Of a stretch of DNA of 64,000 nt, positions 1 through 9,326 are shown in pieces (positions within the stretch are counted from its first letter, which is position 1; each line of letters begins with the position of its first letter). The stretch covers positions 992,001-1,056,000 of the forward strand of contig OZ250150.1 in assembly GCA_965237675.1 (NCBI GenBank). Reading direction: 5' to 3'. This DNA is from Candidatus Latescibacterota bacterium (GTDB taxonomy: Bacteria; Latescibacterota; UBA2968; GCA-2709665). A program made the translations under genes and the position numbers. The notes under the pieces were generated by a model. The model ran no database searches. It was given only the letters and a program-made list of their open reading frames with translations, and had not been told where the DNA came from.

Positions 1-2
1 AC

Positions 3-917
3 AGTTATCCGTGGCTCGTGGGATTGCTGGCTGTGTGTGCGCTGGGGGCCATGCAGAGCACCGGGGCGGCTTATATGTCGACGTTCAGCGGGATGGTAAC
101 CCGGGATCTTTATCGGCGCTATATTTCGCCAGACGCGTCGGACAGTATGCAGAAACTCTACGGCCGAATTTTCGTGATTATCGTAACGCTCGCGGCGCTT
201 TTTGTCGCGGCCAAGTCGACACAGGCCATCGTGATGCTGGGCGGTCTGGCCGTGGCGTACGGGTTTCAGATGTATCCGGCCCTGATGGGGCTATGTTACT
301 TCCGCTTTTTCACGCGGCGGGGTGTGGTGTGGGGGCTGGTGGCGGGACTCGTGGCTGTCACACTCACGGACCGCACGGTTGCGGAGATCCTGCCTGCGAT
401 TATGGGATCTATACAGCTGTTCCTTCCGGAGCGCATTGCATCGTCGATCGGAGACGCGCCCTGGGGAGCGTACCCGTTGACGATTCACAGTGCCGGCTGG
501 GGAATTTTCTTCAATCTTCTGGTCGCCGTGCTGGTTTCCTACCTGTGGCCGGAGACCGGCGCGGACCGGGAGAAAAAAGCAAAACACCACCGCTTCGTTC
601 AGGCGGTTTCGGGTATTTCCGAAGATCGGCGCAGACATGTACCTCTGGCATGGCTGCTGACCGTGGTCTGGTTTCTCGTGGGTTTCGGACCCTTTGCCGT
701 GGTGGGAAATTCGCTGTTCGGCGATCCCAACCAGCCCGCGACGTGGGGCCCTTTCGGCCTGCCTTCGCTGTGGGTATGGCAGTTGTTGATGCTTGTTTTC
801 GGAATCTTCGTCATGTGGTACCTGGCGTTTTATGTGGGGCTTTCGAAACCGATTCCGCCCGAGAAGGTGGAGGAGGCGCGGAAGGCGCATCTGACGGAGA
901 CGGATGGCGCAACCTGA
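3..917 (+). CDS. Sodium:solute symporter (SSS) family transporter, 5'-truncated by the window edge
   Basis: Frame is open from position 3; many hydrophobic TM segments; A(A/G)MQST...TRDLY segment typical of the SSS C-terminal half. Confidence 0.8.
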   Translation, partial: SYPWLVGLLAVCALGAMQSTGAAYMSTFSGMVTRDLYRRYISPDASDSMQKLYGRIFVIIVTLAALFVAAKSTQAIVMLGGLAVAYGFQMYPALMGLCYFRFFTRRGVVWGLVAGLVAVTLTDRTVAEILPAIMGSIQLFLPERIASSIGDAPWGAYPLTIHSAGWGIFFNLLVAVLVSYLWPETGADREKKAKHHRFVQAVSGISEDRRRHVPLAWLLTVVWFLVGFGPFAVVGNSLFGDPNQPATWGPFGLPSLWVWQLLMLVFGIFVMWYLAFYVGLSKPIPPEKVEEARKAHLTETDGAT

Positions 918-1001
918 TCCAAGCGACAGTCAATAACAAATGAGGGGATTTCACAGACAGGCCCGCATCCACACATGAGAGTGTGGTTCAAGATCGAAAA
1001 G

Positions 1002-1037
1002 GAAAAGGACGGGTTCCGTTAACGGGCCGTCCTTTTC
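1002..1037. terminator. Probable bidirectional intrinsic terminator
   Basis: GAAAAGGACGG...CCGTCCTTTTC inverted repeat with A/T tails between convergent genes. Confidence 0.65.
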
Positions 1038-1066
1038 GGCTTTTTGAAGACGTTCAGGTGACAATA

Positions 1067-3394
1067 TCACCACAGCAATACCGGTCCTCGCTCGTCCTCC
1101 CAGTCCATACGCACGCGGTCCCGTCCCCCGTCGGCATGTGTGATGCTGACGGTCCACACGTTCGCCCGGCGGATGGTTTTCGTCGTGATTCCGGCAGTGA
1201 CGCGGTCTGCGCCAAACGGGTATATCACGTATCCTGTTCGGAACGGGAGCCGGGTCCGTCTTTTGTAGACGGCCACGGGCGACGGCACGTCCTGCCCGCT
1301 GATGGCCAGCCAACCCTGCACCGGTTCGTTCCGCCCGCAAATCAACCGGGGGGTCATCCTGACCAGGGGAAGGAGTTCCAGGTTGGGTGCGTTCATACGC
1401 CCCGTGCGGACGGCTCCGGTGTCGGGGTCGATAAGCAGGCGGAAAGGCATGAAGTGGAAGAACGCCTCGTACGTGTACCTGCCATCCCCGGTCAATTCAT
1501 CGAAGATCACGAAATAATCGGGTTTGACGAAAATTATGGCTCGGCGGTGCCGAATCGACGAATCCAGGTCCGCATAGGGTGCGTCGTAGCTTGCCACGGC
1601 GACGTCGGAATGGTCATCCGAATGCCATATCGTCGTATCGCGAGCGGATTCGGTCCACTGTTCGATGGTCTGATTGCGGCCCCGCGCCTGTGGCCGACCG
1701 TCCACAAGGACGGTATTGTGCGCCTGCGTTGTGGTATAGAACCGGGTCCACGGGTTGGTGTAATAAGACGTGATGCCGGGATCCACAATGAATGGGGTGC
1801 CATGCGCATAGACTTCGAAGCTCAGTTTGTCTTCGTGCTGGTGCCAGCGGCCGTAGGGGCCGCCCTCAAAGAAGAGATATCGGGCGTTCCGATCCCAGCC
1901 GCTTCGCATAATGAAGTAGCCCGAGTCCCGGAGGGCAATTGATTTGTAGTCGGGCGGGGCGCCTTCGCGGCCCTCGGTGCCCACCCACACCGAGGCTGGA
2001 TTGTCGAAAATGCGGCCGGGGTGAGCGAGGGAGTCTGCATATTTCGAATCCAGGCTTCCGGCGTCGGATACGGAGGGATGGGTGAAATCCGGTCGGGTGA
2101 TGGCCACGCACCAGTCGAACATCGATCGAATGCCGGCCTCCAGTTCGGGTTCGAGCGGATGGTTGAATTTCCGCGCCACCTGAAACGATTCCAGGAACCA
2201 GGTGGCAATGCCCATCTGGTAACCCGGCGTGAGTTCGTACGACGCCCCGTCGGACATCACCTGCACGCGCATGTCGTCCAGCAGCCTGCGATATCCCTCT
2301 TCCCGCCAGGATGCGGCGTCTCTGAATTCGGGGAAAGCGCAGCCCAGCGCGCCAATGGTGCGGGCTTCCGCAATGGTCTTGTTGGAGGGCGGGTAGGACT
2401 GGAACTTTAGCAGGTAGGCCTGGTGCTCGTAAATGGACTTGAGCATGTCAATTATGGTAACGTCGTCGGTTTCCGGACATGCGCACAGGACGCGGAAGAC
2501 GTCCACGAGCGTGCTGAAGGGACGAATGGCAACCACTAGCGAATGGCCCCAGGGGTAGCCGCCGGCGCGAACGCCGCAGGGTACCGGGCAGCGCCGCATC
2601 CAGTCCGCGATGTACCGTTCAATGCCTTTTGCGTATTTCGCCTGTCCGGTTTCCCAGAACGCGTCTATCGCGGGCCTGAGGAACAAAAGATAGTGGATGG
2701 CGAGTGTCCACTCGATATAGCCGGTGGGATTGGCTTCCCAGTCGATATCCGCGGACCAGTCCTGGCCCAGGATCCGGCCTTCCAGAATTCGATCGGCCTG
2801 ATCGGGATCGGCCGTCGGCGTCTGTTCGCTCCGAATCAGTTCCCGGTCGAAGCCGCTGGATCGGAAATATGCCGCGACTTCAGGCAAAACAGATCCGGCG
2901 GATGCCCCTTTTGCCGCTTCCAGGCCGGGATGATCCAGGTTCAGCGCGGCAATGAGGCGTTCGTCCGTCAACCGGGGACCCGGTGTGACGTCGCGTTCCA
3001 CCAGGCGAATGTTGCGAAACCGGCTGCCCTGGGGGCCATCGACCGTTGCCGATCGCGTTTCCTTCCATCCCGAAGGCATCCCCTGCGTATAGAAACACCC
3101 GGCGGGGAACCGGAATTCCCGCCATCCCTCCCAGATGTTGCCGCCGCGCGGGGAGACGATGGCGTTGAACTGATAGCCATCGTCCTCGCTCATGCCCTCC
3201 GTGCGATTGCCCGACGTCAACCGGCACCGGATCTGGCCGTCCGCGTTGGGCGGTAGACAGATGTCGGCCCGTATTTCGTTTGCGCGCCGCCAGTCCCCCG
3301 CGTCCACGGGTAGATCGACATTCTCACCGTGCTCGGATTCCACAAGAAGCTGTTCCGAGATTACCGTGTCGTCCTGGAATTTCTCGAGGTCCAT
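1067..3394 (-). CDS. Heparinase II/III-family polysaccharide lyase
   Basis: Motifs SGYFIMRSGW, HQHEDKLSF, FIVDPG, AHNTVLVDG; start moved to ATG 3394 (MDLEKF) with AAGGGAG RBS. Confidence 0.85.
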   Translation of the reverse strand: MDLEKFQDDTVISEQLLVESEHGENVDLPVDAGDWRRANEIRADICLPPNADGQIRCRLTSGNRTEGMSEDDGYQFNAIVSPRGGNIWEGWREFRFPAGCFYTQGMPSGWKETRSATVDGPQGSRFRNIRLVERDVTPGPRLTDERLIAALNLDHPGLEAAKGASAGSVLPEVAAYFRSSGFDRELIRSEQTPTADPDQADRILEGRILGQDWSADIDWEANPTGYIEWTLAIHYLLFLRPAIDAFWETGQAKYAKGIERYIADWMRRCPVPCGVRAGGYPWGHSLVVAIRPFSTLVDVFRVLCACPETDDVTIIDMLKSIYEHQAYLLKFQSYPPSNKTIAEARTIGALGCAFPEFRDAASWREEGYRRLLDDMRVQVMSDGASYELTPGYQMGIATWFLESFQVARKFNHPLEPELEAGIRSMFDWCVAITRPDFTHPSVSDAGSLDSKYADSLAHPGRIFDNPASVWVGTEGREGAPPDYKSIALRDSGYFIMRSGWDRNARYLFFEGGPYGRWHQHEDKLSFEVYAHGTPFIVDPGITSYYTNPWTRFYTTTQAHNTVLVDGRPQARGRNQTIEQWTESARDTTIWHSDDHSDVAVASYDAPYADLDSSIRHRRAIIFVKPDYFVIFDELTGDGRYTYEAFFHFMPFRLLIDPDTGAVRTGRMNAPNLELLPLVRMTPRLICGRNEPVQGWLAISGQDVPSPVAVYKRRTRLPFRTGYVIYPFGADRVTAGITTKTIRRANVWTVSITHADGGRDRVRMDWEDERGPVLLW

Positions 3395-3636
3395 GGATGG
3401 CTCCCTTTTCGTGTACGGGATCGAATCGCCCGCCCCGGGTGAACCTTGTCCGATACAGATATGCCTGATTAAGGACAAACGATGGCTTGCAGAGGATTTA
3501 CATTCTACTGAGTTAAAGCGCCGAGGGCGGGACTGGCGAGCCACTTACATGGAGGAATCAGTGTTCCGCCTAAAGTCAATCCAGTAGAACTGTCGACAAA
3601 CAAGTCCTATCTCACGGCTGGTATTTGACGGAACTG

Positions 3637-4140
3637 TCATCTGACCATGGTTCGAGCCAAGCAGTGGATTATTTCCTTTCCTGCTTGATACGAAGAGACT
3701 ACTTCGGAAAATGTAGCAGTACTAGGGATCTGGCCTTGGTGGGCAAAAGAATGGCGCCACTGAATGATGTTGTTATAGGACGATCTCACATTTATGCCAC
3801 TTGAACGAAGTAGCTGTTGTTCTGCCTGCTGCACTTCCCTCGTGTAGCGAGATACATACTTGCCACCGAATCGTGGGATGTGGGTACGCCGCAAATCTTT
3901 TGTACCAATGCGACCGTTTAACCGCCCAAAATAACTGCTGGCATAATGTCCAAACACTCTGTGCTTCTTCTCGCAGAATTCAATGAATATATCTTTCACT
4001 GCCAATTCGTAGACTGTAGTAGCCGCTACCGCAACGAATCCTACGTATCTTGATGTAATAAACGGATCATCTAACGAATCAACAACCTCGTTGAGATGGG
4101 AAAGCAAGTCGTCCGCAAGCTTAAAATGGTCAGTGTACAT
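3637..4140 (-). CDS. HEPN-domain protein (MAE_28990/RiboL-PSP-HEPN-like), putative RNase
   Basis: Helical 167 aa protein with upstream YE and Rx4H motif (WRHSFAH); 6 nt downstream of the DUF262 gene. Confidence 0.75.
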   Translation of the reverse strand: MYTDHFKLADDLLSHLNEVVDSLDDPFITSRYVGFVAVAATTVYELAVKDIFIEFCEKKHRVFGHYASSYFGRLNGRIGTKDLRRTHIPRFGGKYVSRYTREVQQAEQQLLRSSGINVRSSYNNIIQWRHSFAHQGQIPSTATFSEVVSSYQAGKEIIHCLARTMVR

Positions 4141-4146
4141 ATCACC

Positions 4147-5220
4147 TTACTGAACTAGATGATTTCTGGCCGCTGCAAATCGATCTTTGAGTAGCTGGGT
4201 GTTTGTCGTACTACCTCGAGTACAAGCCAGGAAGGATTCGTCCTTAGTGAGTCGTGAGTACCGATTCTTCAAATCCGTTGGGAGCGATTCGATGTTGTCT
4301 AGGAGTGTGCAAAAGACTGCATCGAGAACTGACGCGTTGAGTGGTCCCCGCAGGTGAAAGGGCTTCTCACCAAGGGCATTTACGATTAAGTCACAGGTAT
4401 GGGTGAATAATCTAATGAACTGCATTACACGGCTGGAAGTTCCCTTCTGATTCTGGCTCATTGATTTGTTCAGATACTCTTTCATTGGCTTCTCGTACGA
4501 TTGCCAACTTCGACTGAGTGCGAAAGCACGGAGTATCAGTTCGACATCGCGCTGATGCTTGTCGCGATCCTTTCGGCCAATTATCAAACGCCAGTTTGGA
4601 TCCCTGTTTAGCTTATGTAGTGTTTCCGCGAAATCACCACGAAACACGCAGTTTCGTATCTCTTGGGGTTTAAGGGCGGTTCCCCCTGTGTTCAGCCTCT
4701 CAAATATGTGGTAGATGCTTGTGTTTTCGTCGGACGGGCTGAGTTGGCGAACGTTTATTGCCCGCAAGACAGAATTGTGAAGCTTCCTCCTGTCCGAGTC
4801 ACTCAGGTCTCCATAGCGTAGATTGTGGTATGGACTTTTTTCATCAAGCCCCCTTAACCTGAAGACTTGCTTGCGCCCCTGGGTCGTTTCTTCTCCAAAG
4901 TACCCATCAATGTAGTAGACGATGCTCAAGATGCGCTGTTGACCATCAATGACGAGATTTCTGTTCTGGTCATCGATATAGAAGAAGACATTTGGAACCG
5001 GAAGACCAAGCAAGAATGACTCAATTAGAAGAGAAGACTGCTCGATCTTCCAAACAAAGCCACGTTGGAAACTTGGAATCTTTATATCGCCGCCATGCCA
5101 CATTTCACGGATACCACCTAACGTGAAATCTGACGGATACGTGGCTATGTCATACTCAACCAGTGGCGCCTCCTCAGGTTCTTCTTCATCAATTTCCAAT
5201 TCGACAGTGTCATCAGCCAT
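4147..5220 (-). CDS. DUF262 (GmrS/ParB-like) domain protein
   Basis: DUF262 signatures FQRGFVW, IDGQQR, IFERLNTGG; GGAGG RBS upstream. Confidence 0.88.
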   Translation of the reverse strand: MADDTVELEIDEEEPEEAPLVEYDIATYPSDFTLGGIREMWHGGDIKIPSFQRGFVWKIEQSSLLIESFLLGLPVPNVFFYIDDQNRNLVIDGQQRILSIVYYIDGYFGEETTQGRKQVFRLRGLDEKSPYHNLRYGDLSDSDRRKLHNSVLRAINVRQLSPSDENTSIYHIFERLNTGGTALKPQEIRNCVFRGDFAETLHKLNRDPNWRLIIGRKDRDKHQRDVELILRAFALSRSWQSYEKPMKEYLNKSMSQNQKGTSSRVMQFIRLFTHTCDLIVNALGEKPFHLRGPLNASVLDAVFCTLLDNIESLPTDLKNRYSRLTKDESFLACTRGSTTNTQLLKDRFAAARNHLVQ

Positions 5221-5759
5221 CTATTGTTTCCTCCATGCCAAATTCACGAAACATGTTTTCAGATTTGCCGCATAGCGGCCTAAGTTGCCATTCGCACAAA
5301 TGTACGATGTTTATCCGGTACGGGCAACCAACAATTCTCGTATGTAACGCCACCCTGCGCTCCAAATTTAAGTGATGCTTTTTCATATCGCATTACCATC
5401 AGTCTCCACAATGACTCGAGACGAAACTTTATCCCAGCAATCGCATGTGGGGCCCTTTTTTATAGGGTCCTTTTCGGTTCTTAAGCGGACGATCAGTGAT
5501 AAACAGTCGAAACCCGCGGAGTGGTCGAAGTTTACTACGGGCTTGAAATTCGGCCCACGCCTAAACGGAATGGTTGACATTCAGTGGAACAAGATTACAT
5601 TCTTAAGCCTGCTTGGACCGTGCGAACACGAGATGTCTTCCAGTATGTTCCACCCAAAGCCAGTCCGAGCGCCGCCTTCAGAGTTCGATTCGGTCCGGGG
5701 TGATGAAGATTTGAGATTGAAAAAGACGCGGCGGCGATATCTGTAGAAGGAACGATTTT

Positions 5760-6752
5760 ATGGACCTGACCTATCGGCCCCGCCGGTTGAGGCGCACGGA
5801 ACCCATACGGACGCTCGTCAGGGAAACCGTATTGAACGCAGGGGATCTGATCTTTCCCATGTTCGTTACGGAAGGCGTCAACGTGCGGGAGCCAATCGAC
5901 TCGATGCCGGGGCAGTTCCGGTTTTCGGTCGACGAACTCGTACGGGAATGCGAGACGGTGTTCGGCCTGGGCATCTGCGGCGTGAACCTGTTCGGCTATT
6001 CGGAGGAGAAGGACGAGCGCGCCACGATGGCGTACAAGCCGGACGGGTTGATCCAGAGGGCGGTGCGGGCGCTGAAGGCGGCGCTTCCCGACCTCTGCGT
6101 GCAGACCGACGTGGCGCTGGATCCGTATACCACGCACGGGCACGACGGGCTGCTGATCGACGGAGAGATCGCCAACGACGAGAGTGTCGGGGTGCTGTGC
6201 AGAATGTCGTTGTCTCACGCCGAAGCGGGTGTGGATTGGGTGACGCCGTCGGACATGATGGACGGCCGCGTTGGCGCCATCCGTGTGGCGCTGGACGACC
6301 TTGGGTTCAGCAACGTCGGCATTATGGCCTATTCCGCCAAATATGCATCCTGCTTCTACGGTCCCTTCAGGGGGGCGCTCAAGTCCGCGCCGGTGAAGGC
6401 CCGTGGCGTACCGAAGGACAAGAAGACGTACCAGATGGATCCCGCCAATATTCGGGAAGCGATGAAAGAGATCGCACTGGATATCCAGGAAGGAGCCGAC
6501 GTGGTGATGGTGAAACCGGCGCTGCCGTACCTGGACGTCATCGCAAGGGCGAAGGAGAGTTTCGACACACCCATTGCGGCGTACAACGTGTCCGGCGAAT
6601 ACGGGATGGTCCTGGCGGCCGCGGAGCGGGGATGGGTGGAAAAGGAACGAGCCATGGTCGAAACACTGACGTCCATCAAGCGGGCGGGCGCGGATATGAT
6701 TCTGACCTACTTTGCCGTGGAAATGGCGCAACTGTTGAGGGATGGGACGTAG
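5760..6752 (+). CDS. hemB: Porphobilinogen synthase (ALA dehydratase)
   Basis: RPRRLR N-terminus, SDMMDGRV, YSAKYAS.FYGPFR, YQMDPAN, MVKP, AYNVSGEY. Confidence 0.97.
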   Translation: MDLTYRPRRLRRTEPIRTLVRETVLNAGDLIFPMFVTEGVNVREPIDSMPGQFRFSVDELVRECETVFGLGICGVNLFGYSEEKDERATMAYKPDGLIQRAVRALKAALPDLCVQTDVALDPYTTHGHDGLLIDGEIANDESVGVLCRMSLSHAEAGVDWVTPSDMMDGRVGAIRVALDDLGFSNVGIMAYSAKYASCFYGPFRGALKSAPVKARGVPKDKKTYQMDPANIREAMKEIALDIQEGADVVMVKPALPYLDVIARAKESFDTPIAAYNVSGEYGMVLAAAERGWVEKERAMVETLTSIKRAGADMILTYFAVEMAQLLRDGT

Positions 6753-6804
6753 CCGTTGCGTCGGACGATACGCACGTGGAGAAACCGGAAAAAGGAGAAT
6801 TTGC

Positions 6805-6833
6805 TTGACATGGGAATGAGAATTCGATATCGT
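6805..6833 (+). promoter_or_regulatory. Sigma70-type promoter for the trp leader/trpS
   Basis: TTGACA-17 nt-TATCGT. Confidence 0.6.
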
Positions 6834-6871
6834 TGGCCGGTTCCTCACAATTCTGTCTAAAGGAAAAAGAG

Positions 6872-6949
6872 ATGGCGGCGCACATTGAAATTTCCAGAAG
6901 CTGGTGGCGGTACGATACCCACCGTACCGACCGGCTCACTGCGTGCTGA
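6872..6949 (+). CDS. Trp attenuator leader peptide MAAHIEISRSWWRYDTHRTDRLTAC (25 aa)
   Basis: AAGGA RBS, ATG 6872, tandem TGG TGG codons, TGA ending 6949; directly upstream of trpS. Confidence 0.8.
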   Translation: MAAHIEISRSWWRYDTHRTDRLTAC

Positions 6950-6978
6950 ACTAAGGATTCAAAATCAAGAGATGAGCG

Positions 6979-7011
6979 TCCCTTCCGGTCCACGGCGGGG
7001 ATTTTTGTTTT
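6979..7011 (+). terminator. Attenuator terminator hairpin upstream of trpS
   Basis: TCCCTTCCG-gtcca-CGGCGGGGA stem followed by TTTTTGTTTT. Confidence 0.7.
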
Positions 7012-7024
7012 GGAGGGAATCGCA

Positions 7025-8089
7025 ATGGACGAACGGAAACGGATCCTGACGGGAGACCGGCCCACGGGGAGGATGCACCTGGGACATTACGTCGGCTCGT
7101 TGAAAAACCGGGTGCGGCTGCAGGACGAATACGAATGTTATTTCCTGGTGGCGGACCTGCACATGCTCACAACCCGGCCGCAGAAGGAACATATCCATGC
7201 CCTGCGGGAGAACGTACGGGAGATGCTGCTGGACTACCTGGCAGTGGGCATCGATCCGTCCAGATCCACCATATACCTGCAGTCGGCGGTGCACGCGGTG
7301 TACGAGATGAATCTCTTCTTCGAGATGCTGGTGACCCTGCCGCGAGTCGCGCGCTTGCCCAGCATCAAGGATATGGCCCGCGCCGCCAGGTTGGACGACG
7401 AGGCGATCCCGTTCGGGCTTGTCGGATACCCTATTCTGCAGGCGGCGGATATTATGACGCCGCGGGCGCACCTGGTTCCCGTGGGAAGGGATAACTTGGC
7501 GCACGTGGAGGTGACGCGGGAAATTGCCCGGCGGTTCAACAGCTACTACGGGGAGGTTTTCCCGATTCCGGACGCCCTGATCGGTGAGGTCCCGGTTCTT
7601 GTGGGTACCGATGGCCAGGCCAAAATGAGCAAGAGCCTGGACAATGCGATATTTCTGTCTGACGATGCACAGACGGTTAAGAAAAAGGTGCGAGGAATGT
7701 TCACCGATCCCAACCGGGTGCGGGCCGATATTCCCGGCAAAGTGGAAGGGAATCCGGTGTTTGTCTATCACGATGCGTTCAACCCGAATCGGGAAGAGGT
7801 GGCAGACCTGAAGCAGAGGTACCGGGCCGGGAAGGTCGGCGACGTGGAGGTGAAGGAGAAGCTGACACGGGCGCTGAACGATTTTCTCGACCCAATTCGG
7901 GAGCGAAGGGCGCGATACGAAGCGGATACCGGGTACGCGGAAAAGGTATTGTACGAAGGAACGCTGCGCGTTCAGGTGGTCGCCGATGAAACGCTCAAGG
8001 CAATGAAGAAGGCGATGGGGCTCACCGGTGTCTGGAACCGGATATCGAGGAAGGGCCGGGAGCGGATGCGGAAGGACTCCGAATCGTGA
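7025..8089 (+). CDS. trpS: Tryptophan--tRNA ligase
   Basis: TGDRPTG, HLGH and KMSKS class I motifs, YPILQAADI; ATG 7025 with GGAGG RBS. Confidence 0.97.
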   Translation: MDERKRILTGDRPTGRMHLGHYVGSLKNRVRLQDEYECYFLVADLHMLTTRPQKEHIHALRENVREMLLDYLAVGIDPSRSTIYLQSAVHAVYEMNLFFEMLVTLPRVARLPSIKDMARAARLDDEAIPFGLVGYPILQAADIMTPRAHLVPVGRDNLAHVEVTREIARRFNSYYGEVFPIPDALIGEVPVLVGTDGQAKMSKSLDNAIFLSDDAQTVKKKVRGMFTDPNRVRADIPGKVEGNPVFVYHDAFNPNREEVADLKQRYRAGKVGDVEVKEKLTRALNDFLDPIRERRARYEADTGYAEKVLYEGTLRVQVVADETLKAMKKAMGLTGVWNRISRKGRERMRKDSES

Positions 8090-8221
8090 GGATACCCGTG
8101 GCACAACGTTTGGGCAATTCGATCGGAGAAGTGGAGATTTGCATTCAGCGCTGGTGGTTTTGCGCAACGGGAGCCGTGCGTCCGCCACCGGATGATCGCT
8201 CGAGACTGACGGCGGTGGGGT

Positions 8222-9217
8222 TCAATACCGGCCAGTACGCTCACTGTTGGCGGCCTCGAACAGGCCGGCGGCGAGCGCTTCGAGGCGCTCGCGCCATGCC
8301 AGTTTGTCGAGCCAACCGGTGGGCGCGCCCGACATGCCCCACAGCGCGCCGGCAAGCTGACCGGTGACGGCGGCCACCGTGTCGGCGTCATCGGCGAGAT
8401 TGGCGGCCAGAATCAGGGCATCCTCAATCGATCCCGATCTGTCCACGCACCACAGCGCCGCTTCGAGCGTGTCCAGTACGTATCCCGACGAGGAAATGGC
8501 GTCGCGCTCCCTGGCGCGCCACGACCCCGCAGCCACCTCTGCGATCTGAGCGTCGCCGCTCCAGACTCGGGTGCGCAGGACGGTTTCTTTCGGAGTTCCG
8601 GCTATCGCCTCGATCAGCAGTTCGGTATAAAGGGCACAAGCCTCTACCGCTTGCGGGGCGCCGTGCGTGGTGCGGCTTTGCAACCGGGCGGCCGCCGTCG
8701 CCCTGGACCGGTCGTGCCACCAGCGGATCGCCACCGGCGACAGCCGCATGAGCGAACCGTTGCCGGCACTCCGCGGATCGGTGCTGCCGCTCAACGGCTC
8801 ACCGGTATTTCTATAGGATTGGAGCGCGGCGACCGTGGTCACGCCGATATCGAAACACTCGCCGGTGACCGAGTTGTGTCCCTCCTCCCACCACCGGAGA
8901 AACCGTTCCATCAGGTCGTGCACGTCGAGCAGGCCCCGTTCAAGCAACGAGTCCGCGAGGCAGAGAGCCATGCTCGTATCGTCGGTCCACTCTCCAGCGG
9001 CGCGGCGGAACGGGCCTCCACCCACCAGGTCGGTAACCGGTGGCTTTGTGTCCCGCCCGGAAAATTCGAGCGTCGTGCCGAGCGCGTCGCCCAGCGCAAG
9101 TCCAACCAGCGCCCCTTTTGCGCGGTCCAGAGCCTCCGCCACGTCACGGTCAGGCGCCCGGTCCCTCACGCCACCCTCGGCGAACTTCTGCTCGATGACC
9201 TCACGGAATTCCTCCAA
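8222..9217 (-). CDS. ADP-ribosylglycohydrolase (DraG/ARH family)
   Basis: GDALG, WTDDT, GNGSLMR, THG, DADT motifs; TTG start uncertain. Confidence 0.9.
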   Translation of the reverse strand: MEEFREVIEQKFAEGGVRDRAPDRDVAEALDRAKGALVGLALGDALGTTLEFSGRDTKPPVTDLVGGGPFRRAAGEWTDDTSMALCLADSLLERGLLDVHDLMERFLRWWEEGHNSVTGECFDIGVTTVAALQSYRNTGEPLSGSTDPRSAGNGSLMRLSPVAIRWWHDRSRATAAARLQSRTTHGAPQAVEACALYTELLIEAIAGTPKETVLRTRVWSGDAQIAEVAAGSWRARERDAISSSGYVLDTLEAALWCVDRSGSIEDALILAANLADDADTVAAVTGQLAGALWGMSGAPTGWLDKLAWRERLEALAAGLFEAANSERTGRY

Positions 9218-9270
9218 TGCGATAGGGGGGCGCCGGACCCTCCCGGAAAGTAAGTCGCGGCTCTTACTTG

Positions 9271-9307
9271 AAAAAAAGCGTGGCGCGGCAGATGCCGCGC
9301 CACGCTT
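9271..9307 (-). terminator. Intrinsic terminator of the TonB receptor gene
   Basis: Perfect inverted repeat AAGCGTGGCGCGGCA-GA-TGCCGCGCCACGCTT with a T-tract on the minus strand. Confidence 0.85.
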
Positions 9308-9326
9308 AGTCGACCCTTTGACGCGT

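Noticed and set aside
5372-5746. 124-aa ORF upstream of hemB
   Set aside because: No RBS or recognisable motif; probably intergenic or decayed sequence at the edge of the DUF262 cassette.
6840-7020. T-box riboswitch upstream of trpS
   Set aside because: No AAGGTGGTACC-type T-box in an antiterminator position and the leader is short; the WW leader peptide explains the region.
983-8188. Long antisense or overlapping ORFs (983-1942, 5595-6848, 5948-6808, 6965-8188)
   Set aside because: Shadow frames of well-supported genes in GC-rich DNA, with no recognisable motifs.
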